The notes below the pieces were generated by a model that was given only the letters and a program-made list of their open reading frames with translations, searched no databases and was not told where the DNA came from. This document shows positions 24,511-36,699 of a stretch of 64,000 nucleotides of DNA, in pieces. Numbering within the stretch: the first letter of the stretch is position 1; every line of letters starts with the position of its first letter. Source of the DNA: Chrysemys picta bellii (lineage: Eukaryota); assembly GCF_011386835.1 (NCBI RefSeq), contig NC_088808.1, positions 17,236,001 through 17,300,000 on the forward strand, read 5' to 3'. Position numbers and translations under genes: made by a program.

Positions 24511-24799
24511 GAACCAACACGGAAAATCACATTGTGGACTCATGTTCAATTTGTGATCCACTATAACCCCCGGATGCTTTTCAGCAGTACCACCATCTAG
24601 CCAGTTATTCCCCATTTTGTAGTTGTGCATTTGATTTTAACTTGCTTACTTTGCCCTTGTCTTTACTGAATTTCATTTTGTTGATTTCAGACCACTTATC
24701 CAATATGTCAAGGCTGTTTTGAATTCTAATCCTGTCCTCCAGAGTGCTAGTGACCCCTCCCAGTTTGGTGTCATTGTTAATTTTATAAGCATATGTAAC

Positions 24800-25369
24800 C
24801 AGGGTGGGCAAGCTTTTTGGCCCGAGGGCCACATCTGGGTATGGAAATTGTATGGCAGGGCATGAATACTCATGAAATTGGGGGTTGGTGTGCGGGGTGT
24901 GGGCTCTGGGGTGTGGCTGGGGGATGAGGGTTTCGGTGGACAGGAGAGGATCAGAGATGTAGCCCCCGGTGGTACTTACCTCAAGGAGCTCCTGGAAGCA
25001 GCGGCATGTCCCCCTTCCAGCTCCTATGTGGAGACACAGCCAGGCGGCTCTGCGCCCTGCCCCATCTGCAGGTGCTGCTCCTGCAGCTCCCATTGGCCAT
25101 GGTTCTCAGCCAATAGGAGCTGTGGTGGTAGTGCTTGGGGCGGGGGCAGTGTGCAGAGCCCCTTGTCTGTCGCTGTGCGTAGGAGACAGAGGGGGGACAC
25201 GCCGCTGCTTCCGGGAGCCATGCAGAACCATGGCACGCGCGGAGTGGGGCAAGCCCCTGGCTGGAGCGGGGCAAGCCCCAGATCCCACTCGCCAGCAGGA
25301 GCTCGAGGGCCAAACTAAAACGTCAGAAGGGCCAGATGCGGCCCCCGGGCCGTAGTTTGCCCACCCCTG
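24800..25369. mobile_element. GC-rich hAT-type MITE
   Basis: Ends CAGGGTGGGCAAGCT / AGTTTGCCCACCCCTG; lies within the CR1 fragment; no clean TSD. Confidence 0.7.
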
Positions 25370-25634
25370 CTGTAGAGGGTCATGCACTAAGTTCCAGAAG
25401 TCTCAGGTTCAACCCTGCCTGCCGACAAGTTGGGTCTGTGGGCATTACACATACTTGGATAATGAAGTAGAGAGTCATTAATAAAAAGACTGAACAGTAC
25501 TGGCCCCAGGACAGACCACTGCAGGATTCTACTAGATATATCCTCCCAGTTTGACAGCGAACCATTGAGATCTACACTTTGAATACAGTCTTTTAATCTG
25601 TTTTCAATACACCTTATAGGAGTTTAATCTAGAC

Positions 25635-26342
25635 CACTGGTTTTCAAACTTTTTTTCTGGGGACCCAGTTGAAGAAAATTATTGATGCCCACAACCCAAC
25701 AGAGCTGGGGATGAGAGGTTTGGGGTGTGGGAGGGGCTCAGGGCTGGGGCAGAGGGTTGGGGTGAAGGGGGTGGGGCCAGAAATGAGGGGTTCAGGGTGT
25801 GGGAGAGGGTCAGGGCTCTGGGCTGGGGGTGCAGCCAGGGATGAGGGGTTTGGGGTTCAGGAGGGGGCTCTGGGCTGGGGGTGCAGGCTGGGGCTCCGGG
25901 TTTGGGGGGCTCAGGGCTGGGGCAGGGGATTGGGGCGCTAACTTATCTCCGCCGGCTCCCGGTCAGTGGCACAGCTGGGGGCCAGAGGCAGGCTTCCCGC
26001 CCATCCTGGCACCGCAGACCACGTTGCGCCTGAAGCGGCCAGCAGCAAGTCCAGCTCCTAGGCGGAGGCACGCAAGCAGCTCCGTGCGGCTCTTGCCCAC
26101 AGGCACTGCCCCCCGGCCCCGGTGCAGAGCCGGTGCTTGGGGCAGCGCGAGGAGCCCCATGGCACCCCTGCCTAGAAGCCGGACCCACTGCAGGCCGCTT
26201 CTGGGGCACAGTGCGGTGTCGGAACAGGTAGCTGAGCAGCATCGCCAACGATGTCCCGGTCGGCGGTGCTGACCAGTGTGACCCAGTGCCTGACATGCCA
26301 CCACCCAGCACTGGGTCGCAACCCGCACTTTGAAAAACGCTG
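25635..26342. mobile_element. GC-rich hAT-type MITE
   Basis: Ends CACTGGTTTTCAAAC / TTTGAAAAACGCTG; near-perfect TSD (a/c)tctagac on both sides. Confidence 0.8.
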
Positions 26343-27674
26343 CTCTAGACCATATTTCCCTACTTTGCTTATGAGAATGTCATGTGGGAGTTCGTCAACA
26401 GCATTACTAAAATAAAGAGCTATCATGTCTTCAGCTTCACTCCATCCACCAGGCCAGTCACCCTGTTAAAGAATCGACAGGTCATCAACTTACCAAACAA
26501 AGCCAACGCCAACGCCAAAGCCAAAGCTGAAGAACAGCAGCATGATGAAACCCACGACACAAAGACGGCGCTTTGTCAAATAGCCTTTGACCCCTCCTGT
26601 TTTCCCTGGAATAAAGGAGATGTGCAGGAGATTGGTACACACAGTTCAAAGCCATATCAATTGACTGCCAATCCAGTTCCTTTTGCCATGCTGTGTGGTA
26701 AGGCTAAAAACCTGGATACAACCTATTGGGGGGAGGGGAAGGGGAATTTGTTCACACATCGCTAATTCCCAACTCCTTCCAGACACCCACTATATAAACC
26801 TTACAATAGCCCCATGTAGTGGGTAGGTATTGTAATGGACTGGTTAGTGTGTGTGTTGCCACTGCCTTTTACTGAATGGAATCAGAACTCCTCCAGTTGT
26901 CACAGGCGCTATACTGCCAGTAGGGAGAATTCTCCTTCCTGTTCTTTTGGAGGAACTGGTGCAGTGAAGTTTTGGGTACACTGCTGCAGTGAAGTTTCAA
27001 GCACTCCTGCTGTGTAGCGTAGGGAAAACTGGGAAGCTCAACGTGGCCGTGAACTTCTGTCAATATCATTATAACTGTTTTGCAGATGGAGGAACTGAGG
27101 CCCAGAAAGAGCAGCATGCCGGAAGCCATTAGCAGAACATAACAGCTTCATTAAACCTACAGACTTATGAACAACACACCAATTTCTACTATGCTCACGT
27201 ACTACTAGATGGTGAAATGTATATATACACTCGCCATAGGCCTGATCCTTCACTCATTGACATGAATGGCAAAACTGCCATTGAGTTCAGTGGTGCAGGA
27301 TCTACCCCTACACACACAGCAATATATACACATTTCACAGATTCTATTTTTATATACAACTCTTGTAATGGAAGATACTTGCCCAAGTTCATGCAGCAAA
27401 TCTTTGACACAGCTGGGAACAAAACCCAGACTCCCAGTTCAATGATTAGCTGTAAAACCTTCTTCCCCTTTTCTAGGGTCTTATGCATAATGAAATACAG
27501 AACACACAGGCCACAGACCGTTAGAAGAGCGAGGAACTGGCCAGCCAAGTGGCTGATTATTTTGAGTGGTCATGAAAGTGGCTGTTGTGTTGGGCAACTC
27601 TAACAAATATAACATAACAAAAATCCAACTCAGCCTATTACATAAAATTACTTATAAAACTGAACAAATATTAA

Positions 27675-28825
27675 CGATAGAGTGAATTAGTCTAGACAAA
27701 AAGGATGGGTAAGATCATGACTGGTAGACAAAAGAGAACGGAACTGGAAACTAATGGACCAAACGATCTGTTGGAAATTAGGCCTAATAGGTGGACAAAA
27801 TAATAAGGCAATAGGCTGTTCCACCCGCCACTCCCTTTTGGAGTTCTCGAAGAGGCTTTGGAAGGGAATCGTGGTGTCAGGGTGCAGACAAGTGGATTTG
27901 TAGGAGCAAGCTTTGCCATCATGACTGCCACCCCCATCATATACTGTGATCCACTGGGACACAAATGGGCCTTCATCATCCTGATACCGAGAAATGTCCT
28001 GACCAGATTGAGCCAGAGAGAGGGACCCAAATGACATCCCCACCTTCACTGGCTTCAGCTAAGACCTGAACAGCACCTGGAATTTGAGCCTTGGACTTCT
28101 GCTGTCACCCCTCCGTTGTGTCATCTTCCTTCCCCGCCTTATAGCTTCCTTTTCTTCTCTCTCTCTCTGCCTTCTAATTAATAAATGTCTAGCTTAGCCA
28201 GCAAAAGACTAGATCTCTTGCACCACTGCTGTGAGCCAGTGATTAGAGAGGCAGCTAAAAGCAATGCCTTAAACAGCCCAATGTTGATATTAATTTGACA
28301 TGCCTCAGACTGGCTGATAAAACCATGGGTGGTGCCCATGTTTCTGTAGCAGTGAGGCTGCAAGTGAAAGCACCAGAGATAGAAGAGGAGTACTTATGGC
28401 ACCTTAGAGATAGAAGGTGTATTTTCTATTTTTGCTGTTCTTTTCTCACCTTGTTTGTGTTTGTTTTAAAAGAAACATTGGACTTTAACAGCAGCAGCTC
28501 TAGACCATCCTAACTGACTGGATATGTCTCTTTTCCCCAAAAAGGACAATTATTACAATCTAAAAAACTCAAACAGAAGGGTTTCTTTATAAAAAGCACT
28601 GTCTACAGCTGAAGGGATATAAGCAATATTGTTCAAGTGAAAGCCTTACTTAATATTTTACTTTACATGTTTCAGGTGCTTTCCCTTCTTATCTTAATAA
28701 AAGGTTATAAAATGTTGCAGTGTGGTTATTGCCACAGCACCAAGCAGGCTGAGGTCTCTGTACTCAAAACTCTGAATCATGTTCAACTCTTTAGGGTTGT
28801 ACGGTAATAAAATTAATGTTATTTG
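27675..28825 (+). mobile_element. LTR-like repeat (related copy at 30836-31840)
   Basis: Shared motifs gaattagtc, aagatcatgactggta, ggaactaatg(g/a)accaaac, gctgcaagtgaaagc, cagcagctctag with the 30.8-31.8 kb segment. Boundaries approximate. Confidence 0.55.
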
Positions 28826-29232
28826 GTGGGTCACCCAAGTGTCTAGGATAAACATACATCACCATAGTTGGTTAGCTTAGCTAACACACAGTTTTAAAAA
28901 TTGTTTAAAAAAATATTTGCATTAAAATCTTTTAGCACAAACAAGCTTAATATAGTAACGATGAAAAGCAAATTGTTAACGCTCATGTTTAGAAAAATTA
29001 AGAGTGCTTAACAATTGTTTTAAGATTTTACTTTAAGCTTTTAACTAATGGTTTTGTTTCTTTTTCTTTTTTTGGAGGTTTGTAGTTTTTGTAATTGATA
29101 ATAACTTTGATAGTTTTATGTAAAGGCATTTTAAAGAAAAAAACAAAAGTTGTAAAAATGAAGTGTTTTAAATTGTTGAAGGTTAAGCTGCTAAAGCAAA
29201 CTTTTGCTAAAATGTCATCATGGGTTATTCCT

Positions 29233-29831
29233 TGTTAACAGAATGCCAGCTTGATTCACGGCTGCGACTGTGAATTAAGAGTCAATCCACCTGAAGTAAG
29301 GGCTGTTGCCGGCACCAAACTTCTTGTTGTAATCTTTGTGATTGTTTAGTTGTAGATGTTAATGTGTCTTGTTGTGTTTTGCATGTGCAACAGCACAGTG
29401 CTAGTGTTGTGGGTGTGGAAGCAGAGAAAGAACTGACAGGAAGGGGATTGCAACGCATGACAGTTTGTTAGCAAGAGTCAGGCTAACTGTAACCCTAATA
29501 ACGCGAGATTTGTAGAAGCGAGGAATGTGTGAGGCGAGTGGGAAAGAACTGTGTGAGAAGTTGTTGCGACCTTGTGTAGATAATATGGAATGTAGACTAA
29601 GAGTCTACATTAGTGAGCAAAACAAGATATCAGAATGACCTATGTATAAACAAAATGCAGCTGTTGCTCATTATTGTCTGTAACAAAAGGTATAAATGCT
29701 TGCTGAAATTGTTTACCTGTTGAGAGACCTGCTTAGCTCTCTCCCTCTATGCAATTGATAGAGAGAAAGAAAATAAAGTATCTGATTTGCTGTACCCAAA
29801 CAAAAAGTGAGAACTCTGTTATTCTCCGACA
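29233..29831 (+). mobile_element. Solo LTR-like repeat
   Basis: TG...CA termini (tgttaacag...ctccgaca), TATA-like tataaa and AATAAA near the 3' end; no TSD seen. Confidence 0.5.
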
Positions 29832-30835
29832 TGGGGTCACCTCTCCGTGATAAGCCACAAGGTCACAATGGCCACAACCTCCCAAAAGCTGGTGATGAAA
29901 CAGGTCGGGCAAAGTCTGTCCCTGGACAAAAATGCCTCTGTACTTTTCCCGCATTTTGGGGTGTTGGTAAATGGTTCATGAATGCAAAAATAATCACCAC
30001 CACCCCCCAGTCGTGTTGTTGCTTCTTTTTAAAAGACCGCAACATACTTCGGTAGAAATGCCATAAGGGGTAAATAATTTTCGAAGCAAGTTAGTTTAAC
30101 CCCTCGTGTATAGAATGTTCATGATTTGTGTAAATGTGCAGGTGGCAAAAAGAGGAAAAGATGGTTCCCCCTTGTCACTTTAAAAAAAAAAACCCATTCT
30201 GGACATACAGCCAAAGGAGTGAGAAAGTGAAATCAATTATATTAAAGAAATAGAATGAATTAAAGAATGCTGTATGTACCTTTAAGTAGAAATGAGAAAT
30301 GCTACAAGCCAGGGGGCAGGAAAGCAGACATTAACTGCTTAATGAATAGCCCCACTTAAGGGCAATTGGTGAAGCATTAGCCTTAGATCGATAAGAGTTA
30401 ATGAGGAAGCAGGATATGCATATTGTGCCCTATGCAAATTTTACAATTTTGCTCTCTCTGTCCCTTTGTTTAGTTCGCACCCTTTTATTTATATAAATAA
30501 GACTGTTTGAATCTTGCATGGGGGCTCACATTATCTGAATGTATTAGCAGAGCGCTGTGTTAATAAAACAGAGTGGTCTAACAAACTATGAATCCTGAGT
30601 CTAACTTTGACAGGAGTAATAAGAGCTGGCATGTTTCTAAACATTTTGAGAGTAGATTACAGTAGTTCTGTCTGTTTTATAAACCAATGTCTGAGATGAA
30701 GCAGAATTGGTTCATAAAAGAGGGATATTGCGATAACTGGGGCTTGCTCCAGTTGTGAGCTCAGCTGTTGGAAAGTGAGTGAAAATTCATAAAATGTCAC
30801 AATCATCAATAGCAATGAATGTGGATAGAAAACGG

Positions 30836-31840
30836 AGTCAGACTGAATTAGTCCAAACCGAAAGGTCCAGTACCAGCCAAGGGCTGTGTTAAGATCATGA
30901 CTGGTAAACCAGGAAGAAGGAACCAGGAACTAATGAACCAAACAAAACACTAAGGTCAGCTGGAGTGAAAAGAACAAGTTTCAACATCCTGGCTGCCACC
31001 CCCACTAATTTCTGGGGGCCCTGGTTCCACCCTGACACTGCTGAGCCTTTATCCTCCTGATTCTGCGAGATGTCCTGACCAGACTGGGACCCATAGGACA
31101 TCCCCACATCCACCAGCTTCAGATCAATCCTGAACACCACCTGGAAAGAGAGACGTGGGTTCCTGTTGTCACCTCTCCCACCTGTGTCCTTTTCCTTCCA
31201 CACCTTATTTCTTCTCTTTCCTGCCTCTCTTTGCTTAATAAATGTGTAGCTGAGCCAACCAAGACTGCGAGGCAGTTACAAGCAATTACTTAAACAGCCG
31301 ACGATGCAAGTCTGACAGATCTCAGAGCGGCTAATAAAATCGTGACCTGTGGCAATGTTTTTCTGGCCGTGAGGCTGCAAGTGAAAGCCAACACTGGAGA
31401 CAGAAGCAGCATTTTCTATTTTTGCTATTCTTTTCTCTTCCCTTTTGTTTGTGTTTGTCTTGTTTTGTGTTTAAAGAAGCCAGATTAGACGTTAACAATA
31501 ACAGCAGCTCTAGCCCCTCTGAACTAACTTTTGCTCTTTTCTCCAAAAAAGACAGTTATTATGATCGTTAATATAAAAGACTATCAAAGAGAAAGTTTTC
31601 CTTATAAAAACCCCAGCTACAGCTAACGAGGAAGGGAGATTGGTTAAATTGAAGCTTTAATTAATACATTACATTATAAATGCTTCAACTGATTTTCCTT
31701 TGTACTGTATCTTTAATAAAAGATAATATTTAATGGCATTGGTTGCCATGGGGCTAAGCAGGCCAATGTCTCTGTATTCAAAAACCCCGAACCATGTTCG
31801 ACAGTTTAGTGCCTGTATAGTGACAGGGTCGCGTTAACAT
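30836..31840 (+). mobile_element. LTR-like repeat (related to 27675-28825)
   Basis: Colinear motif similarity to 27.7-28.8 kb; boundaries approximate. Confidence 0.55.
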
Positions 31841-32159
31841 CTTTGGCTCTCTGGGCCCATTTATTCCTTCGAAATTAACACACCACATCCAAGCCAAAGG
31901 ATAATGGGACTGCTCAAAAGCTAATGGGGATCAGCACTCACCAGCAACACTGGTTAAATGAGCAGCATTCGTTGGACAGGCCTGGATCCACCAACACTGC
32001 CGGTGGATCTAATGCTGCAATAGAAGGGAACAGCTGCTAGGGAACAGCTGCTAGGAAACCCCCTTCTTTGGCTAGCTCCAATTTGCAACTAAAATCTGTT
32101 CAAGGCCACATCATATGCAGCTCTACAACTGTCCCTGACATGTCCCCTGAAAATACTGC

Positions 32160-33346
32160 TGTGACGGGTTGGATCACAGAAACCCCCCTGGGAGCTGCCA
32201 CCTGATGTGCAAAGACTACTCCTGCTTCTGTTTTCCCTGCCAGCTCAGGACTCCAGCACCCTGTCTTGCTGAGCCAGACACTCCTCTCTGGCTCTAACAC
32301 AAACCCAGGGTCTGAATCACTTGTCCCAAAGCTGCAGGTTTACCTGAAAACAGCTCACAGAAGTGTGCTTGTCTTTAGCACTCAGATGCCCAACTCCCAA
32401 TGGGGTCTAAACCCAGATAAATCCGTTTTACCCTGCATAAAGCTTATGCAGAGCAAACCCAGAAATTGTTCGCCCTCTATAACACGGATAGAGAGATATG
32501 CACAGTTGTTTGCTCCCCCAGGTATTAATACATACTCTGAGTAAATTACTAAATAAAAAGTGATTTTATTAAATACAGAAAATAGGATTTAAGTGGTTCC
32601 AAGTAGTAACAGACAGAACAAAGTAAGTCACCAAGCAAAATAAAATAAAATGCGCAAATCTATGCCTAATCAAACTGAATACAGATAATCTCACCCTCAG
32701 AGATGCTTCAGTAAGTTTTTTCTCAGACTGGACACATTCCAGGCCTGGGCACAATTCTTTCCCCTGGTACAGCTCTTGTTGCAGCTCAGGTGATAGCTAG
32801 GGGATTCTTCATGATGGCTCCTCTCTCCCTTGTTCTCTTCCACCCCTTTATATATATCTTTTGCATAAGGTGGGAACCCTTTGTCCCTCTGGGTTTCCAT
32901 CCCCCCTCACTGGAAAAGCACCAGGTTAAAGATGGATTCCAGTTCAGGTGACATGATCACATGTCACTGCAAGACTTCATTACTCACTTGCCAGCACACA
33001 CATATACTGGAAGACTCACAGGTAAATACGGCCATCTGCAGACAATGGGAGTCATCAAGATTCCAAACCATCCTTAATGGCCCACACTTTACATAATTAC
33101 AATAGGCCCTCAGAGTTATGTTTTATATTTCTAGTTTTAGATACAAGAGTGGTACATTTATACAAATCGGATGATCACACTCAGTAGATTATATGCTTTG
33201 TAATGATACCTTACAAGAGACCTTTTGCATGAAGCATATCAGTTACATTATATTCACTTTTTACCATATTTTTCTAAAGCTATCCCAGTTACATTATATT
33301 CACTTATCATGTTTTTATAAAACCATATAGACTGCACAACCTCACA
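32160..33346 (-). mobile_element. Solo LTR
   Basis: TG...CA termini, 5-bp TSD actgc (32155-32159, 33347-33351), related to 9555-10700. Confidence 0.85.
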
Positions 33347-34466
33347 ACTGCCATGTGCCCAGAGTACTCCAAAAGGGAAAATAAATCATAGGCCAATGCT
33401 CTTTCAGCAACAACGGAAGCAGCTACCAGTTCCTCAATGTTTTTAGGCAACTTGATTCAGATCACACAGTCTGACACTATAGATACAGCTGGACAACGCC
33501 CTGTTCTTTTAAAGAAAGAAACCGGCTTGATATAAACTGAATTTCACAGGGAGGTGTTTACTCTCTGATTAGCAAGTGCAAGATCCCACTCATCTACTAA
33601 TGACGGAAGGGTTTGGAGTCAGGAATGTATAGTAAAAAGTTGGGGATAAAAAATAAAAAACGGCTAAAAAGCACTCCACTTCATTTCTGTAAAGCATGTG
33701 ATTTCAGAGAACAATTCCTGAGAGCAATTGTAAAGATATCTCCATGAAATTCTCCATAGTAATTTAAGCCTTTAAAGGAGGGTAAGAGAAACACGGAGAG
33801 AGTATTCTGTCTTACAAAAGATTCTGGACAATGCAGAGTTGAATCACATACATTATCAAAAGATTGAAACGTTTTAGTGCTGGGGGCTAGTTCTTAAACA
33901 CAAGTTGCTTTTTTTCCATAAGATGCTCTTCTCCAGAATGAACCCAGCTTCAGGAAAACCTGTTGGTTACTGACATTTCCTTGAAGAAAGGGTCATGAAA
34001 TCTGTAGTCTACAGAGGAAAGAAAGGGAGATGTGGAAGGTCTAGAAACCCTTACTCATGAAAGTAGTCCCAAGGCAAGCAAGTTCCACTGACTTAACCAG
34101 GGCTACTTACAAGGAATTAAATAATCAAGCTAGAGATTTAGGCTGTCACTGCCATATAATTACATTCACAAATGGTGGGTTTCTGTCACATGCTAGACAA
34201 ACGCAAAGAAAGCTGCAAATCCAACTCAGAACCCGGGATTTTTGTGTGTTAGATTTTCCCTGAAAATCATTTGTAAATATACAGACCAACTCAGACAACG
34301 GGAACAGCAAAATAAAAGTGCTTTTTACATCTGATAGAAAGCCAGTGCAGTATTTTATATAATATTCTAATTGACAATCTTCCATATTCCCCAAATAGAT
34401 CAAAAAGTATGGGCCCCCTCCTGCACCGACTGAACTTCCATTGTCTTCAGTGGGTCAGGATTGAGT

Positions 34467-34490
34467 CATATATATATATATATATATATA
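34467..34490. repeat. (TA)n microsatellite
   Basis: Direct reading. Confidence 0.9.
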
Positions 34491-34989
34491 AAAATGCGTG
34501 CAGGTAAAATGCAGAGGAACAAATTCTCTCCGCCATTACACTGGTGTGACTTTACTGAGGTTAACATGTAGGGCTGCATTCTACTCTCAGTCAGTTACTG
34601 CTTTGCTGTAAAGCGGAAAATTTGGCCTATGGGGGGCGGGGGAGAAATAACCCTCAGTCTACAATATATGGATAAACTACATCTCAAAAGTATTTACTGA
34701 TCCCATTCCTCTGTGGACAAATAAAGAAAGTGGTTGAGAACAAGGGGACTATGGGGAGAAGAAAGATAAGAGAGAGAGAGAGAGAAAGAAAAAAGGGGAC
34801 GAGAACATACATATCAAAAAATGACTTCCTGCTTCTCCAGACACAGATGTAAATTTGATTCAATTTCTTCAAGAACAGAATATGGACCTAAGTCCGTTGA
34901 GTATTAGTTTGTCTCAAGCATTTAATAGCGGCTACTTTTAAGTTCCTTCTCCGCATTTAAAACACCCGGTCTCCCCGCCAACCCCAGAC

Positions 34990-35560
34990 CTGCTGTATTT
35001 TTTCCAAAACCTAAACAGGATTCGACACGACACAGCTCACAGAACATCTTAAAGGAAAATGTGCAGGTACCTTGGTCCTTGTCCATCGCGCACCCGCTCT
35101 CCCCCAGAGGAGAGGAGAGGAGGAATCGCGGAGTTTATTGCTGCCAGCTGTGGACTGGAGCAGCCTGGAGAAGCTGGGCGCGGCAGGCTCTCCAGAGAGG
35201 GCAGCGGTAGCGCAAACCGCTTGCTGGCGAGCCGGGGAATGAGGTGGGCAGCTGGCGAGCAGAGGCCGGGTGCTCTGACTCCGGCCTGTCCTGGAAACGC
35301 GCACCAGGTCCACGCAATCCCACTCCGGAGCGAACGGGCTGGGTAAACCTCCTGGTTTGCCGAGCAGGCTCCTTACGGGCCAGCAGCGGCGGTGGCCAGT
35401 GCGCCCTCCTGGTGCTCCCCCAAGCCCTCGGTAAGAGTCTGGCCCGGATGCGGCTGGGTGTGTGACAGCAATGGCGCCTTTCCGCAAAAAAACACTCGCA
35501 GGACGGTCCTGGCTCACCCAAAAATGTGGGGCACGCCTGGGTCTTAGCATTCACCCGCCC
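34990..35560 (-). promoter_or_regulatory. CpG island, probable ABO promoter and 5' UTR
   Basis: High CpG density surrounding a minus-strand ATG with strong Kozak context followed by a splice donor. Confidence 0.65.
35071..35086 (-). CDS. ABO: Probable ABO coding exon 1 (MDKDQ, 16 bp, phase 1)
   Basis: gcgATGGACAAGGACCAAG|gtacct in a CpG island. Phase 1 as in human exon 1. With the 73-bp version of exon 2, the seven exons sum to 1053 bp (350 aa plus stop). Confidence 0.6.
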
Positions 35561-36156
35561 ACGGCTTCCTATCCCTGCTCTGACCTTTCCTGCAGGGTCC
35601 CACAGTTGGCTGCTGCAGCCTGGGGAGGCTAGTGAAATTGCCTGCCAGACCTATTGGATGCAAATCGATAACAATGCTCTGTTTAATGAGGGACACTTTA
35701 GGGAAACCCTAGTTACCTTAGCAAAGCCGGTATTTTTCTCTAAGGTGTATTTCTGCTGCTCAGTTTACTGTTTAAAATGGTCAGGCGAGGCCTCTTAAAG
35801 TAAGGGGCAAGTGGTCGCTCTGTGTTGTTCCTTGTCTCTTGGAAGCGAATGGGGAAGTTAATATTAATGCATTACGTTCCACAATGTGAACCAGACCCTA
35901 ATGCAAAGCCTAAGAAAGTTTTGCCCCCGTTGTTCCCACCCCTGCTCAACTGGAGTTGGGCCAGGTATTTACTTTGGAAGGGGCCCAGTTTATGCTGAGA
36001 CAGGAGCTGGTACCTGTTGTGGGTGGTTGGGTCTTGTGCTCCACCTAAGCTTTAATTTAAAAAAACAAGTATCAGAGGGGTAGCCGTGTTAGTCTGAATC
36101 TGTAAAAAGCAACAGAGGGTCCTGTGGCACCTTTGAGACTAACAGAAGTATTGGGA

Positions 36157-36197
36157 GCATAAGCTTTCGTGGGTAAGAACCTCACTTCTTCAGATGC
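36157..36197 (-). ncRNA. Minimal type I hammerhead motif, intact core
   Basis: GCAT-CTGAAGA-A-GTGAGGTTCTTACCCAC-GAAA-GCTTA-TGC on the minus strand. Confidence 0.75.
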
Positions 36198-36326
36198 AAG
36201 TAATGCCATTCTCCTCCCTTGGTGTTCACACCTCAACTGCTAGCAGAGCACCTCACCCTCCCTGACTGAACTAACCTCGTTATCTCCACACTGATTTATA
36301 CCTGCCTCTGGAGATTTCCATTACTT

Positions 36327-36367
36327 GCATCTGAAGAAGTGAGGTTCTTACCCACGAAAGCTTATGC
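36327..36367 (+). ncRNA. Minimal type I hammerhead motif, intact core
   Basis: gcatctgaagaagtgaggttcttacccacgaaagcttatgc; exact reverse complement of 36157-36197. Confidence 0.75.
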
Positions 36368-36476
36368 TCCCAATACTTCTGTTAGTCTTAAAGGTGCCAC
36401 AGGACTCTCTGTTGCTTTAGGGATGTGCATGCAAGGTGGAAACTGCAGAATTTCTCCAAACCGTTATCACTTAGGC

Positions 36477-36699
36477 GAGAGGTTCTCAAACTGGGGGTCG
36501 GGACCCCTCAGGGGGTCTTGAGGTTATTACATGCGGGGTCATGAGCTGTCAGCCTCCACCCCAAACCCTGCTTTGCCTGCAGCATTTATAATGCTGTCAA
36601 ATATGTTAAAAAGTGTTTTTAATTTATATGGGAGGGGGGTCACAGTCTGAGGTTTGCTGTGTGAAAGGGGTCACCAGTACAAAAGTTTGAGAACCCCTG
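36477..36699. mobile_element. hAT MITE
   Basis: TIRs ...GGTTCTCAAACT / AGTTTGAGAACCCCTG; 8-bp TSD acttaggc at 36469-36476 and 36700-36707. Confidence 0.85.

Larger units (their letters stand above)
24560..26420 (-). mobile_element. CR1 LINE RT fragment interrupted by MITEs
   Basis: NDTKLGGVTSTLEDRIRIQNSLDILDKWSEINKMKFSKDK (ORF 24605-25093) and FSNAVDELPHDILISKVGKYGL (ORF 26172-26426) are CR1 ORF2 RT segments. Confidence 0.85.
36066..36417. mobile_element. Penelope-derived fold-back element (A) with two hammerhead motifs
   Basis: Left arm is the reverse-complement PLE 3' end; right arm 36206-36417 matches the 3' region of the PLE at about 38040-38173 and 38979-39060. Confidence 0.9.

Noticed and set aside
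35011-35554. ORFs up to 179 aa in the CpG island
   Set aside because: Explained by GC content; only the 16-bp ATG-donor segment fits a gene model.
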